Positions 1-9,834 of a stretch of DNA of 64,000 nt are shown here, piece by piece. The notes under the pieces are model-generated. The model was given only the letters and a program-made list of their open reading frames with translations. It was not told the DNA's origin and searched no databases. The position numbers were made by a program, and so were the translations under genes. The DNA comes from an uncultured delta proteobacterium (lineage in GTDB: Bacteria > Myxococcota > Myxococcia > Myxococcales > Anaeromyxobacteraceae), in NCBI GenBank assembly GCA_963828255.1, contig CAWHDZ010000031.1, forward strand, positions 1 through 64,000, given 5' to 3'. How positions within the stretch are numbered: position 1 is the first letter of the stretch; each line of letters begins with the position of its first letter.

Positions 1-1071
1 GGGGCGCGGCGCCGCTCCGAGGTCCTCGTCGCGGTGGAAGAGCTCGAGCTTCCGCCAGAGTGTGTTCCGGGCGATGCCGAGCACCCGGGCGGCCTCGGCC
101 TGGTTGCCGCCGCAGGAATCGACCACCTTCAGGATGTGGCGCCGCTCGACCACCGCGAGCGGCTCGAGGCCCGCGGCGACCGGCCCGGGAGGCGGGAGAG
201 ACGGGGGATCGGGAAGCCACGGGACCCTTCTCTGGAGCTCGTCGGGGAGATCCTCCTGCTCGACGCAGCTCCCGCGGGCCAGCGCCGCGGCGTGACGGAC
301 GGCGTTCACCAGTTCGCGGACGTTGCCGGGCCAGTCGTGATCGAGAAGGGCGCGCTCGGCGCCGGGGCTGAAGCGCACGGCATTCCCGGGCAGGTGGACG
401 AGGATGTCGGTCGCCAGCGGCAGGATGTCCTCGACCCGCTCGCGAAGCGGCGGAACCCGGAACGTGAACACCTTGAGCCGGTAGTAGAGGTCCTCCCGGA
501 ACGTGCCGGCCTTCACAAGGAAGCCGAGGTCCCGGTGCGTGGCTGCGATGACCCGGACGTCCACGGCCGACGAACGGTTCGCGCCGACGCGCCGCACCTC
601 GCCGTCCTGGAGGACGCGCAGCAGCTTCACCTGCATGAGAAGCGGGAGCTCGGCGATCTCGTCGAGCAGGATGGTGCCGCCCGCCGCCTCCTCGAAGAGG
701 CCACGCTTCTCCGCGACGGCGCCGCTGAACGCCCCGCGCACGTGGCCGAAGAACTCGCTCTCGACGAGCTCGGCGGGCAGGGCACCGCAGTTCACGGCGA
801 CGAAGGCGCGGTCGGCGCGAGAGCTGGAGGCGTGCAGGGCGCGGGCCAGCACCTCCTTGCCGGTTCCGGTCTCGCCCAGGATCACCACGGGTGCATCCGA
901 GGCCGCGATCGGAGCCGCGCGCTGGAGCAGGGAGCGCATGGTCGCGCTCTCGGCGACGAGCCGCGAGCAGGGCTTCAGGCTGTCGGTGGGGCGGCGAAGG
1001 CAGAGTTCGCAGAGGCGGCTCGCACCGTCGAACGGTCCGCTGCACGTGGCGCCGGATGAGAGCCCCCTCAC
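1..1071 (-). CDS. Sigma54-dependent enhancer-binding protein (AAA+ and Fis-type HTH) with no receiver domain; 3' end runs off the window
   Basis: Manual minus-strand translation (absent from the ORF track): Walker [26 protein letters not shown], Walker [48 protein letters not shown]. Start is either ATG at 939 or in-frame GTG at 1071. Confidence 0.93.
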   Translation of the reverse strand, partial: MRGLSSGATCSGPFDGASRLCELCLRRPTDSLKPCSRLVAESATMRSLLQRAAPIAASDAPVVILGETGTGKEVLARALHASSSRADRAFVAVNCGALPAELVESEFFGHVRGAFSGAVAEKRGLFEEAAGGTILLDEIAELPLLMQVKLLRVLQDGEVRRVGANRSSAVDVRVIAATHRDLGFLVKAGTFREDLYYRLKVFTFRVPPLRERVEDILPLATDILVHLPGNAVRFSPGAERALLDHDWPGNVRELVNAVRHAAALARGSCVEQEDLPDELQRRVPWLPDPPSLPPPGPVAAGLEPLAVVERRHILKVVDSCGGNQAEAARVLGIARNTLWRKLELFHRDEDLGAAPRP

Positions 1072-1269
1072 GGAGTTCCATATGGTCCATTTTGTCGCAC
1101 CCCGCACGTACCACGAGGCGGCGACGAGGGATCTCTACAACGGGACGTTTGCACGAGCAGCAGGCCGGGGCCTCTCTCCGCCTTCTCCTGAGGATCCCGA
1201 CATCTCCGCGTCGCCTGCCCGCGGTGGGTTCCCCCCATGAGGGGGCGATGCCTGGACCCCCGGGCCCAT

Positions 1270-1285
1270 CGGCACGGCAGAAGCA
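1270..1285 (+). promoter_or_regulatory. Candidate sigma54 (-24/-12) promoter of the MCO operon
   Basis: CGGCACGGCAGAAGCA has exact GG-N10-GC spacing (GG 1271-1272, GC 1283-1284), ~75 bp upstream of ATG 1358 and divergent from a sigma54 activator. The consensus TT before GC is AA here. Confidence 0.55.
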
Positions 1286-1357
1286 TTGGCGAATCGCTCA
1301 CGCACCGGTGCCTGCCGCGCCGTTGCGAGCAGGCGCGCGTGCGCCAGCGAGGGAGCC

Positions 1358-4300
1358 ATGGAGAACAGGAACGACCGGATCGCCGCCAGCGTGGCGCGCA
1401 TGCTCATCGCCGGAAGCCTTGCCGTTTCGATGGTCCCGCACGCTCAGGCGCAGACCAGCGCGGTGAACCTGAACGTCGTCAGCGCCACGGACGGCGCTCC
1501 GATCGGACAGTTCCGCTACCTCATCAACATCGACAACACCGGCTCGACGGCACAGCGGTCTCCCGCGGACGGCTGCAGCCCCGCGAGCCCCGGGTATCCG
1601 GCGTCCTGCCTCTGGACCTCGATCGCCGGCGTTCCCGGATCGAGCCCGATCTACACGCAGGGGAGCCAGGGCGACTTCCCGCTCACGCTGCCGGCCGGCA
1701 GGTACCTCGTCTCGGTCCTCGCCGACGGCCACAAGATCGACGGCGAGCACTTCACCGTGCCGCTCCCCGCCGCGGCCGGTGGGGTCGTCACCGTCCGGAT
1801 GCAGCCGTATGCGCTTCCGGCGGCGACCATCCAGGCGGCGGTCTTCGAGGACATCTCCCCGGTGAACGGGGCCCCGGACCTGCCTGCCGAGCACGGCCTC
1901 GCGGGGTTCCTGGGCAAGATCGCCGACTCCCTCGGCGACGTCTCCTCGGACGTCTTCGGCAACCCCATCTGCACCGAGTACCAGCGCGACCCCGGCGGGA
2001 ACGTCGTCTTCGACGCGGACGGACCCGTGGTGGCGGTCATCGGCGGCGTCTGCCTGAGCAAGTGCTACGTCGTGGAGAACGGGGTGGACGTCGGAACGGT
2101 CCCGGCCGTCGATGCCGCCGGCCGATGCCCCACGACCACCGTCACCGGCCAGGTCGTCGAGGGAAAGCTCAAGATCCCGAACCTGGGCACGAACCGCTAC
2201 GCGCTCACCGTCACTCCGCCGAACGGCTCTGGCTGGGTCCAGACCACGACACTGGAAGGAAACCTGGACTGGGATTCCTGGGTCATGGAGGGCGCCACCG
2301 GCCTCGACACCGAGTTCATGGTGGCCGGCGAGCCCTTCCCCGCCGTCATCTTCGGCTTCGTCCCGGGGCCGTCGCTGAACAGGCTCCCCTCCGGCGGTAC
2401 GGGCTCCATCAGCGGCCTGGTGGAGGCCGTCAAGATCTACATCCCGGCGAAGGGCGGCGTGGCCGGCCTCCCGGGGACCATCTGGGGCGGCCTGGCTGGA
2501 GCGAAGCTCGACGCTCCCGTCCCCAATCCGTGGGTGACCCTCACCGACCTCTCCAATGGCGACACCGTCGTCTGGGTCGGACGGGGCGACGCGGGCGGCA
2601 GGTTCCAGATTCCTGGCGTGCCCGCCGGGAGCTACACGCTCACCTGGTGGGACGCGAAGCTCAACTTCATCCTCGACCTCGTCAGCGTCACCGTGGGTGA
2701 CGGAGAGGCCGTCGACCTGGGCATCCTGCCCCTCACCGGCTGGTGGACCCGCTTCGAGGGCTACGTCTTCGACGACAGGAACCTGAACGGCAGGATGGAT
2801 GCGGGTGAGCCGGGCATCCCCAACTTCACCCTCACGCTGCGCCGGCGCGAGAACACCCTCATGGACCGCGGCGCGACCGTGGTGTCGACCGACATGTCCG
2901 GCCACTACGTGATGGAGAACGCGTATCCCATGACGCAGTGGCTCGTCATGGAGGCCTACAGCGACGCGCACTACAGCACCGGAGTCACGTTCCAGTCGGA
3001 CAACCAGCCCGCGCCGACGACGCACCTCGGCGCCGGCGTCGACATCAGCGTGCTCCCGATCATCGGGCTCTCCGGACGGGTGGACTGGGGCAAGCGGCCC
3101 TACGATCCCACCGGCGCGAACGGACCGAGCAACGGCGGCATCGTCGGGACCGTCAGCTACGACACGACCCGCAACGAGCTCGATCCGGCCTACGCCGCCG
3201 CCGAGGACTGGCAGCCTGGAATCTCCGGCCTGAGGGTGAACCTCTACGCGCCGGTCGACTGCGGCACCACGGGTGCCCCCTGCGATCCGGCGGGCTGGTA
3301 CGAGCTCGCTGCGGACGGCTCCCATGCCAAGGGGAAGCTCCTCAACACCTACGTGACCGAGGCCTGGCAGCGACCGACGGGCTGCGTGGCCCGCGACGTC
3401 GACGGCATCCCGCTCGTGCACGGCGTCGACGAGAACGTGCTGCCGACCGATCCGGACGCGGAGTGCCTGGAAGGACCGCTCATGGGCGTTCAGATCGCCA
3501 CGTACGCCAGCGGGCAGGGGACCGCGGACGCGAACTTCGGCGCCAACGTCGACGGCAACTACGGATTCGGCGACGGCTGCTTCGTCGGCACGCTCGACGC
3601 CACCGATCCGTCCGCTCCGGTCTGCGTGGGCGGCACGTTCGAGGCGCTCCCCGGCGCGAGCGACTACCTCGTCGAGGTCGAGATCCCGACCGACGCCCTG
3701 GGGCGCCCTCGCTACAAGGTCACCCGCGAGGACGACATCAACATCGGCAACGGCGACGAGTTCGTCCCGGCGGTGCCGCCTCCGGCCTGCGCCGGGCCGC
3801 TCCACATCGTGGACGTGGCAGGTTCCGGGACGGACGGCTACGCGTCGATCGTCGGCGACGACCTGAACGGCATCCCCACCGGCGTCACCGTTCCCGCCTC
3901 CACGCCCACGGTCAACCCGACGTTCGTCGACATCGGAGGGTCCCCGTTCGAGGGGCAGGCCCGCCCGCTCTGCAACGTGAAGCTGGTCGGGCTCGCCAAC
4001 GGCAAGTCGATCGTCCCGATCTTCCACCTCTTCACCGACGTCCCGCTCCCCGGGCGCTTCTGGGGCCTCATCGTCGACGACCTCACCTTCTCCGCCGATC
4101 CCCGGTCGCTGCTCTACGGCGAGAAGCAGGGCATCTCGTTCGCGCCCGTGGGCATCTACGACTACACCGACCGTCTCATCACCACGGTGGAGTCCGACTT
4201 CAACGGCCTCTTCGACGTCCTGCTCCCCTCCACGAACCGGATCAACTGCCCGACCCCCTCCGGCGTCTGCGCCAACCTGTACCGCTTCGTCGGAAACGAT

Positions 4301-7174
4301 CCGGGCGTTCCCGGGCGCCTCAACCTGAACTACAAGCCCCAGTTCCGGACCATCGCCGCCGAGTTCGAGGCCATCCCCGGCGTGCTCATCCCGGCCGACC
4401 TCGCCCCGACCCAGGTGGGCGTCACCGTCCAGCTCCCCGGCGGGCAGGCGAACTCGGTCAGCTGTGCGCTCGATCCGGCCACTCCCCAGCTCCACGCGGT
4501 CAACCGGCCCTACGTCTCCGGCACCCTGCGCTCCATCACGATCACGGGCGCGGGTTTCGGAGCGAGCGGCCAGCTCACGCTCGACGGTTCCATCGTGGCG
4601 ACCTCGTCGTGGTCCAGCACGCAGATCACGTTCACGCTCCCCAACGGCTACCCGGTGGGACCCAGGCAGCTCAGGATCAGGGCCGCGAACGGGCAGGCCA
4701 CGGTCAACGGGCTCACCATCCACGTGCTCGGTGGCGGCTACAACCCGATGCTCTACGAGGTCGGGCCCGGAAGGACCTACGCACCGGTCGAGTCGCTCCC
4801 GGCCACCGCCGATCACGCCATCCAGCGCGCGCTGGACGCCGCCGCGACGTTCATCGCCGCGTCGAACGCCAACTCCAATCGCGGAGCGCTGGTGGTGGTC
4901 TACCCGAACACCAACACGGCCAATCCCCGCCAGAACCCTCGCGGCGCCTACTACGAGAACCTCATCGTCTCGAGCAAGTTGAAGCTGCAGGGCGTCGGAC
5001 CCGGCAGCCCCGATGGCTCGGTGCGGGGCTCCATCATCGACGGCGCAGCCTTCGCCGGCGACAGCCCGGTGGCCACCGACTGGTACGCCCGGATCGGCAC
5101 GCTGACCTGGGACGGCAACCAGGCCATCTACGACGGCGCGGTCATCTCGATCTTCCTTCCGGGCACGGGGAGGAACGCCTTCCCGGCCGCGTACGCCGCC
5201 GGCACCGCGCCCTCGATCGACGGCTTCGACCTGCGCGGAGGGAACCAGCAGGGCTTCCCCGGCAACATCGACGTGATCGGCGGCGGACCGACCGGCCAGC
5301 CCGGCGGGCTCGTCACCCAGGGCGGCGCGATCTTCGCGAACGCCTTCGCCCGGAACCTCCAGATCACGAACAACGTGGTCCAGAACAATGGCGGAGCCTA
5401 CGGCTCGATCCGGATCGGCACGCCGGACCTGGCCGACCCGGACAGCCAGAACGACGGCGTTCGCATCGCCAGCAACCGGATCGTCGCCAACGCCGGGACG
5501 AACCTCGCCGGAGGCATCGGGCTCTTCGCCGGCGCGAACGGGTTCGAGGTGACCGGCAACGACATCTGCGGAAACTTCTCGGCGGAGTACGGCGGCGGGC
5601 TGAGCGTCTACGGCTACAGCCCGAACGGACGGATCCACCACAACCGCGTCTACTTCAACCAGTCCTACGACGAGGGAGGCGGCATCATGATCGCCGGCCA
5701 GCTCCCCGCGAACCCGGCGACGCTCTCCCCCGGCTCCGGACCGATCGACGTCTACGCGAACCTGGTCCAGGCGAACCTGGCCAACGACGACGGCGGCGGC
5801 CTCCGGTTCCTCATGGCCGGGAACTTCCCGATGAACGTCTACAACAACTTCATCGTGAACAACGTCTCCACCCACGAGGGCGGCGGCGTGAGCCTGAACG
5901 ACGCCCCGAACGTCCGCTTTTACAACAACACCGTGATGAAGAACCTGACCACCGCGACCGCGGTGACGAGCACCGGCATCCCGGCGCCGGCGGGTCTCTC
6001 CACCTCGCTGAACAGCGCCCCCCTGCAGGCGACCCTGCCTGCATCCGCTCCCCTCTTCAGCAACCCGCTCCTCTTCAACAACGTCTTCTGGGACAACCGG
6101 TCGGGATCGCGTACGGCCGGAGCGGTGATCTCGACGGGGATCGGCCTGGCCGGCGACCCGAATCCGATCAATCGCTGGGACATGGGCGCTGCCGACGGTT
6201 CCGGGCTGCTCTCGCCGACGAACTCGGTCCTCCAGGTGACCACGGGGACCATCGCCAGCCCCACCAACGTGACGAGCGACCCGGGCGTGGCAGCGACCTA
6301 CGACACGTCCGTCGCGTTCGCGCCCTGGCGGACCAACCCCGCCTTCATCGGCGCCATCCTGGTCGCCGTCGACCTTCCGCCCAACCTGATGGGGAACTAC
6401 CACCTCGCCAGCAACGGGTCGCCTGCCTTCAACGGCGGCGCGGCGTCCAAGAGCGGCGTGGCCGCTCCGGCGACCGACATCGACGACGGGGCGCGCCCGG
6501 CCCTCGGCGTGTTTGACATGGGCGCCGACGAGTTCGGGTCGGCCGGAGCCGGCGGCGGAGCTGGCGGCGGAGGCGGCGGTGGACCTGCGCTCCCCACGCT
6601 GGCGCTGCTCGACAACTTCAACCGCGCGAACGCGAACAACCTGGGCGGGAACTGGTACCAGGTGACGATCCTCGGGGCGGCGGCCATCCGGGTGAACGCC
6701 AACCAGGCGTACGCCCTGTTGCCCGGCCAGGCGACCCGGACGGCGGCCTTCGGCGCGAAGCAGGGTGCTTCGTTCGTCTTCGCGCAGAACGCGGGGCAGC
6801 CCACCACGACGCTCACCGGCTCGAGCCTCGTCCTCAAGGCGACCAACGGCGCGGGGACGAACGCGAACCCGGCGAACTACCTCCGCGTCCAGTACCAGAC
6901 CACCGGAGGAGGGCTGGTGCTCGTCCAGTCGACGACCAACGGAAACACCCTTCTGCCGACGTACACCACCATCGGGGTGGTTCCCTCCGGCGCCTTCGCG
7001 GCGGGCGACACGCTGACCGCCGTGGCCAACCCGGACGGCTCGGTGGACGTGTGGAAGAACGCCATCCACGTCGGCAACTCGCCGGCCTCGTCCTTCACCG
7101 GATCCGGGCGCATCGGCATCCAGCTCCCGGTGGGCGCTCGCGTCGACAACTTCAGCGGCGGGAACGTTCCGTAG
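1358..7174 (+). CDS. Large secreted multidomain protein: Ig/carboxypeptidase-regulatory-like, SdrD-B-like, IPT/TIG, right-handed beta-helix, Gly linker, C-terminal beta-sandwich
   Basis: RBS GAGGGA then ATG 1358; signal peptide ending AQA; FDDRNLNGRMDAGEPG; SITITGAGFG; IQRALDAA...GAYYENLIV; Asn/Gly-rich GGG repeats; TDIDDGARP...DMGADEF; poly-Gly linker. Confidence 0.85.
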   Translation: MENRNDRIAASVARMLIAGSLAVSMVPHAQAQTSAVNLNVVSATDGAPIGQFRYLINIDNTGSTAQRSPADGCSPASPGYPASCLWTSIAGVPGSSPIYTQGSQGDFPLTLPAGRYLVSVLADGHKIDGEHFTVPLPAAAGGVVTVRMQPYALPAATIQAAVFEDISPVNGAPDLPAEHGLAGFLGKIADSLGDVSSDVFGNPICTEYQRDPGGNVVFDADGPVVAVIGGVCLSKCYVVENGVDVGTVPAVDAAGRCPTTTVTGQVVEGKLKIPNLGTNRYALTVTPPNGSGWVQTTTLEGNLDWDSWVMEGATGLDTEFMVAGEPFPAVIFGFVPGPSLNRLPSGGTGSISGLVEAVKIYIPAKGGVAGLPGTIWGGLAGAKLDAPVPNPWVTLTDLSNGDTVVWVGRGDAGGRFQIPGVPAGSYTLTWWDAKLNFILDLVSVTVGDGEAVDLGILPLTGWWTRFEGYVFDDRNLNGRMDAGEPGIPNFTLTLRRRENTLMDRGATVVSTDMSGHYVMENAYPMTQWLVMEAYSDAHYSTGVTFQSDNQPAPTTHLGAGVDISVLPIIGLSGRVDWGKRPYDPTGANGPSNGGIVGTVSYDTTRNELDPAYAAAEDWQPGISGLRVNLYAPVDCGTTGAPCDPAGWYELAADGSHAKGKLLNTYVTEAWQRPTGCVARDVDGIPLVHGVDENVLPTDPDAECLEGPLMGVQIATYASGQGTADANFGANVDGNYGFGDGCFVGTLDATDPSAPVCVGGTFEALPGASDYLVEVEIPTDALGRPRYKVTREDDINIGNGDEFVPAVPPPACAGPLHIVDVAGSGTDGYASIVGDDLNGIPTGVTVPASTPTVNPTFVDIGGSPFEGQARPLCNVKLVGLANGKSIVPIFHLFTDVPLPGRFWGLIVDDLTFSADPRSLLYGEKQGISFAPVGIYDYTDRLITTVESDFNGLFDVLLPSTNRINCPTPSGVCANLYRFVGNDPGVPGRLNLNYKPQFRTIAAEFEAIPGVLIPADLAPTQVGVTVQLPGGQANSVSCALDPATPQLHAVNRPYVSGTLRSITITGAGFGASGQLTLDGSIVATSSWSSTQITFTLPNGYPVGPRQLRIRAANGQATVNGLTIHVLGGGYNPMLYEVGPGRTYAPVESLPATADHAIQRALDAAATFIAASNANSNRGALVVVYPNTNTANPRQNPRGAYYENLIVSSKLKLQGVGPGSPDGSVRGSIIDGAAFAGDSPVATDWYARIGTLTWDGNQAIYDGAVISIFLPGTGRNAFPAAYAAGTAPSIDGFDLRGGNQQGFPGNIDVIGGGPTGQPGGLVTQGGAIFANAFARNLQITNNVVQNNGGAYGSIRIGTPDLADPDSQNDGVRIASNRIVANAGTNLAGGIGLFAGANGFEVTGNDICGNFSAEYGGGLSVYGYSPNGRIHHNRVYFNQSYDEGGGIMIAGQLPANPATLSPGSGPIDVYANLVQANLANDDGGGLRFLMAGNFPMNVYNNFIVNNVSTHEGGGVSLNDAPNVRFYNNTVMKNLTTATAVTSTGIPAPAGLSTSLNSAPLQATLPASAPLFSNPLLFNNVFWDNRSGSRTAGAVISTGIGLAGDPNPINRWDMGAADGSGLLSPTNSVLQVTTGTIASPTNVTSDPGVAATYDTSVAFAPWRTNPAFIGAILVAVDLPPNLMGNYHLASNGSPAFNGGAASKSGVAAPATDIDDGARPALGVFDMGADEFGSAGAGGGAGGGGGGGPALPTLALLDNFNRANANNLGGNWYQVTILGAAAIRVNANQAYALLPGQATRTAAFGAKQGASFVFAQNAGQPTTTLTGSSLVLKATNGAGTNANPANYLRVQYQTTGGGLVLVQSTTNGNTLLPTYTTIGVVPSGAFAAGDTLTAVANPDGSVDVWKNAIHVGNSPASSFTGSGRIGIQLPVGARVDNFSGGNVP

Positions 7175-7200
7175 GTCCGCACCTTCACAGGAGACGCGTC

Positions 7201-8496
7201 ATGAGCTCGAAGTCACCTCGCAGGCTGTTCGACAGGCGGACGTTCCTCAAGGGCGCGGGCGTGGCGCTCGCGGCCTCGGCCGGCACCGGCCTCATGCCCG
7301 GGTTCCTGCGCAAGGCGCTCCTCCCGGCCGGGGTCGGGACCGCCGCGGCGGCGGATCGGCCACCCGATCTCTTCTACGCGGGGACCGACGGCTGGATCGC
7401 CCTGCCGCGGGACCCGGCCATCGGCATCTTCCACCCGGACTCCTACGCACCCGATCCGTTCACGACCTACATCTTCGGCTTCCGGAACGTCACCGGGATG
7501 TCCCAGATCCAGCGGGAGGGGCAGAAGAACAAGGCACAGCACCCGGCGCCGATGTTCTGGGTGAACGAGGGGCAGGACTTCCGGGTCCAGCTCACCAACC
7601 TGGGCCTCGCCCAGCGCCCGGACCTCTTCGACGAGCACACCCTCCACTGGCACGGCTTCCGCAACGTCATCCCCTTCTTCGACGGCGAGCCCACCGGATC
7701 GGTCTCGGTGCCCACGGGGAACAACTTCACGTACGTCTTCCTGCCGCGCCACCCCGGGACGTACATGTATCACTGCCACGTCGAGGACACGGAGCACGTC
7801 CACATGGGCATGACCGGGCCGGTCTTCGTCCGTCCGGCGCTCGGGCCCAAGTTCGCCTACAACGACCCGGCCACCGCCTTCGACCGCGAGTTCGCCATGT
7901 TCCTCTCGGAGGTCTGGGCGGAGTCGCACTGGGCGGACGCGCACATCCAGCTCCCCGAGTGGTCCGACTACAGGGCCGACTTCGCGCTGCTGAACGGCAG
8001 GGTCTATCCCGACACGCTCGCGCCCAACGGCTCGATCGACCCGTTCCACCCGGTCTTCGACGCGAGCGGCGACCTCGTTCCGCCCGCCGGAAGGCCGGAT
8101 CTCCAGTACCAGCCGCTCTCCTCGCTGGTGACCTGCAACGCAGGCGACCGGGTCCTCCTTCGCTTCTCCAACCTGGGCTTCAAGGAGGCGGCGATGACGC
8201 TCGCCGGGATCAAGATGCGCGTGGTCGGGAAGGACGCAACGCCGATGCGCGGCCGGGACGGCACCGACACGAGCTACCTGGTCAACACGGTGTCCTTCGG
8301 GGCCGGGGAGAGCATCGACGCCATCTTCACGGCTCCGCCGCACGGCGGCGGCGCGGGTCCGGACGTGTACGTCCTCCAGAACCGGAACTTCCAGCGGTCG
8401 AACAACCTGGCGCCCGGCGGCTTCGGGGGGCAGCGGACCGAGGTGCGGGTCTACCCCACGGGCACGCTGGCCCCGCAGGACATCCCCAACACCTAG
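7201..8496 (+). CDS. Two-domain multicopper oxidase-like subunit A, Tat-exported, Cu ligands in domain 1 only
   Basis: Tat motif DRRTFLK; HTLHWHG (7636-7656) and YHCHVEDTEHVHMGM (7768-7812); domain 2 motif positions read EAAMTLAG and LQNRNFQ with no His. Confidence 0.9.
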   Translation: MSSKSPRRLFDRRTFLKGAGVALAASAGTGLMPGFLRKALLPAGVGTAAAADRPPDLFYAGTDGWIALPRDPAIGIFHPDSYAPDPFTTYIFGFRNVTGMSQIQREGQKNKAQHPAPMFWVNEGQDFRVQLTNLGLAQRPDLFDEHTLHWHGFRNVIPFFDGEPTGSVSVPTGNNFTYVFLPRHPGTYMYHCHVEDTEHVHMGMTGPVFVRPALGPKFAYNDPATAFDREFAMFLSEVWAESHWADAHIQLPEWSDYRADFALLNGRVYPDTLAPNGSIDPFHPVFDASGDLVPPAGRPDLQYQPLSSLVTCNAGDRVLLRFSNLGFKEAAMTLAGIKMRVVGKDATPMRGRDGTDTSYLVNTVSFGAGESIDAIFTAPPHGGGAGPDVYVLQNRNFQRSNNLAPGGFGGQRTEVRVYPTGTLAPQDIPNT

Positions 8497-8515
8497 GTCG
8501 CGAGGAGAGACGAAC

Positions 8516-9820
8516 ATGCGCGCACGGCGATCCAATGAAACGAAGTGGGGAATCGCGGGACACGTCGGCCTCGCGCTCCTGTCGGCCACGTTGCTGGCCG
8601 ACGTCCGCCCGGCGTCCGCCCAGCAGGCGCTCCCGATCGGCATCGTCTGCACGGACGGTGTCCTCGTCGGGACGACGCGGACCTTCACCCTCGTCGCGCA
8701 GACCGGGTACGTCACCGCCCCCGACGCGAACGTCCTCTTCATGTGGGGCTTCTCGGAGGCGGGGAAGCCCTTCCAGCACCCCGGCCCGGTGCTCTGCGCG
8801 AACCAGGGCGAGACCGTCACCGTCATCCTGAACAACACTCTGGGCGGCGACGACGTCTCGATCATCTTCCCGGGCCAGGAGAACGTCCTCGCCGACGGTG
8901 CGCTGGCCCAGCCCCAGTTCAACGGGAGCAATGCCCTGGTCTCCCTCACCAACGTGGCGGCGAGGGCCGGCGGCAGCGTGACCTACAGCTTCGTCGCCGC
9001 GAGGCCCGGCACCTTCCTCTACGAGAGCGGCACGGAGCCCCAGAAGCAGGTGCGGATGGGGCTCTTCGGCGCTCTCCTGGTGAGGCCCTCCTCCGGCGCC
9101 AACTTCGCCTACGAGCGCGCCGACAGCCAGTTCGCCCCGGGCGATGACTTCATGGTGCTGCTCTCCGAGGTCGATCCCAACCTCAGCATGGCCGTCCAGC
9201 GGGGCCGCTCCTTCAACATGAACAACTACCGTCCCCGGTACTGGTTCCTGAACGGTCGCGGCTTCCCCGACAGCATCGCCGACAACGGCGCCACCTGGCT
9301 GCCGAGCCAGCCCTACGGAGCGCTGGCGAGGATCTACCCCAAGCCGCCCGGGACCCTGCCCGGGATGATCCGCTACCTCAACGTCGGCACCGAGGACTTC
9401 CCGTTCCACCCGCACGGCAACAACGGCCTCGTGATCGGCCGCGACGGCCACCCCCTGGAAGGGAGCGCCGGGGAGGACCTCTCGTTCGAGAAGTTCGCCG
9501 TCAACATCGGCCCGGGGCAGACCTGGGACGTCATCTTCCGGTGGTGGGACGCGGAGGGCTACACCGCGGCGAACTTCCCGATCACCCTTCCGAACCTCAC
9601 GAACCTGACGCTGGGGATGTTCTACGGCGGGAGCCCGTACCTCGGCTCGACGGAAGCGATGCCGCCCGGCGTCCAGACCCTCAACCAGTGCGGCGAGTAC
9701 TACATCATCTCGCACAACCACGCGCTGCATCAGCTCACGGCGTGGGGCGGCGTCGTCATGGTCGGTCCCATCACGTACCTCCGGATCGATCCCCCCCTGC
9801 CCAACAGCTGCCCGCAGTAG
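8516..9820 (+). CDS. Two-domain multicopper oxidase-like subunit B, T2/T3-type His pairs in domain 2 only
   Basis: Signal-like N-terminus ending ASA; cupredoxin signatures PGPVLC and PGTFLYE; domain 1 reads VSIIFPG and LYESG with no His; domain 2 has FPFHPHG (HPH 9407-9415) and SHNHALH (HNH 9713-9721) with no T1 Cys. Confidence 0.88.
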   Translation: MRARRSNETKWGIAGHVGLALLSATLLADVRPASAQQALPIGIVCTDGVLVGTTRTFTLVAQTGYVTAPDANVLFMWGFSEAGKPFQHPGPVLCANQGETVTVILNNTLGGDDVSIIFPGQENVLADGALAQPQFNGSNALVSLTNVAARAGGSVTYSFVAARPGTFLYESGTEPQKQVRMGLFGALLVRPSSGANFAYERADSQFAPGDDFMVLLSEVDPNLSMAVQRGRSFNMNNYRPRYWFLNGRGFPDSIADNGATWLPSQPYGALARIYPKPPGTLPGMIRYLNVGTEDFPFHPHGNNGLVIGRDGHPLEGSAGEDLSFEKFAVNIGPGQTWDVIFRWWDAEGYTAANFPITLPNLTNLTLGMFYGGSPYLGSTEAMPPGVQTLNQCGEYYIISHNHALHQLTAWGGVVMVGPITYLRIDPPLPNSCPQ

Positions 9821-9834
9821 TCCCGGAGCCCGCC

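Noticed and set aside
34..1059. 341-aa plus-strand ORF
   Set aside because: Antisense shadow of the minus-strand sigma54 activator, which carries all the conserved motifs.
6541..6582. GGC-rich tandem repeat
   Set aside because: Encodes the poly-Gly linker of the giant protein; not an independent repeat element.
1298..7069. 1923-aa minus-strand ORF
   Set aside because: Codon-register antisense shadow of the real plus-strand gene; high GC3 suppresses stops; no recognisable motifs.
7201..8496. MCO-A as a copper nitrite reductase (NirK) or stand-alone small laccase
   Set aside because: It has HCH with HxH in domain 1 (trinuclear-type), and domain 2 lacks the His that both NirK and homotrimeric small laccases need.
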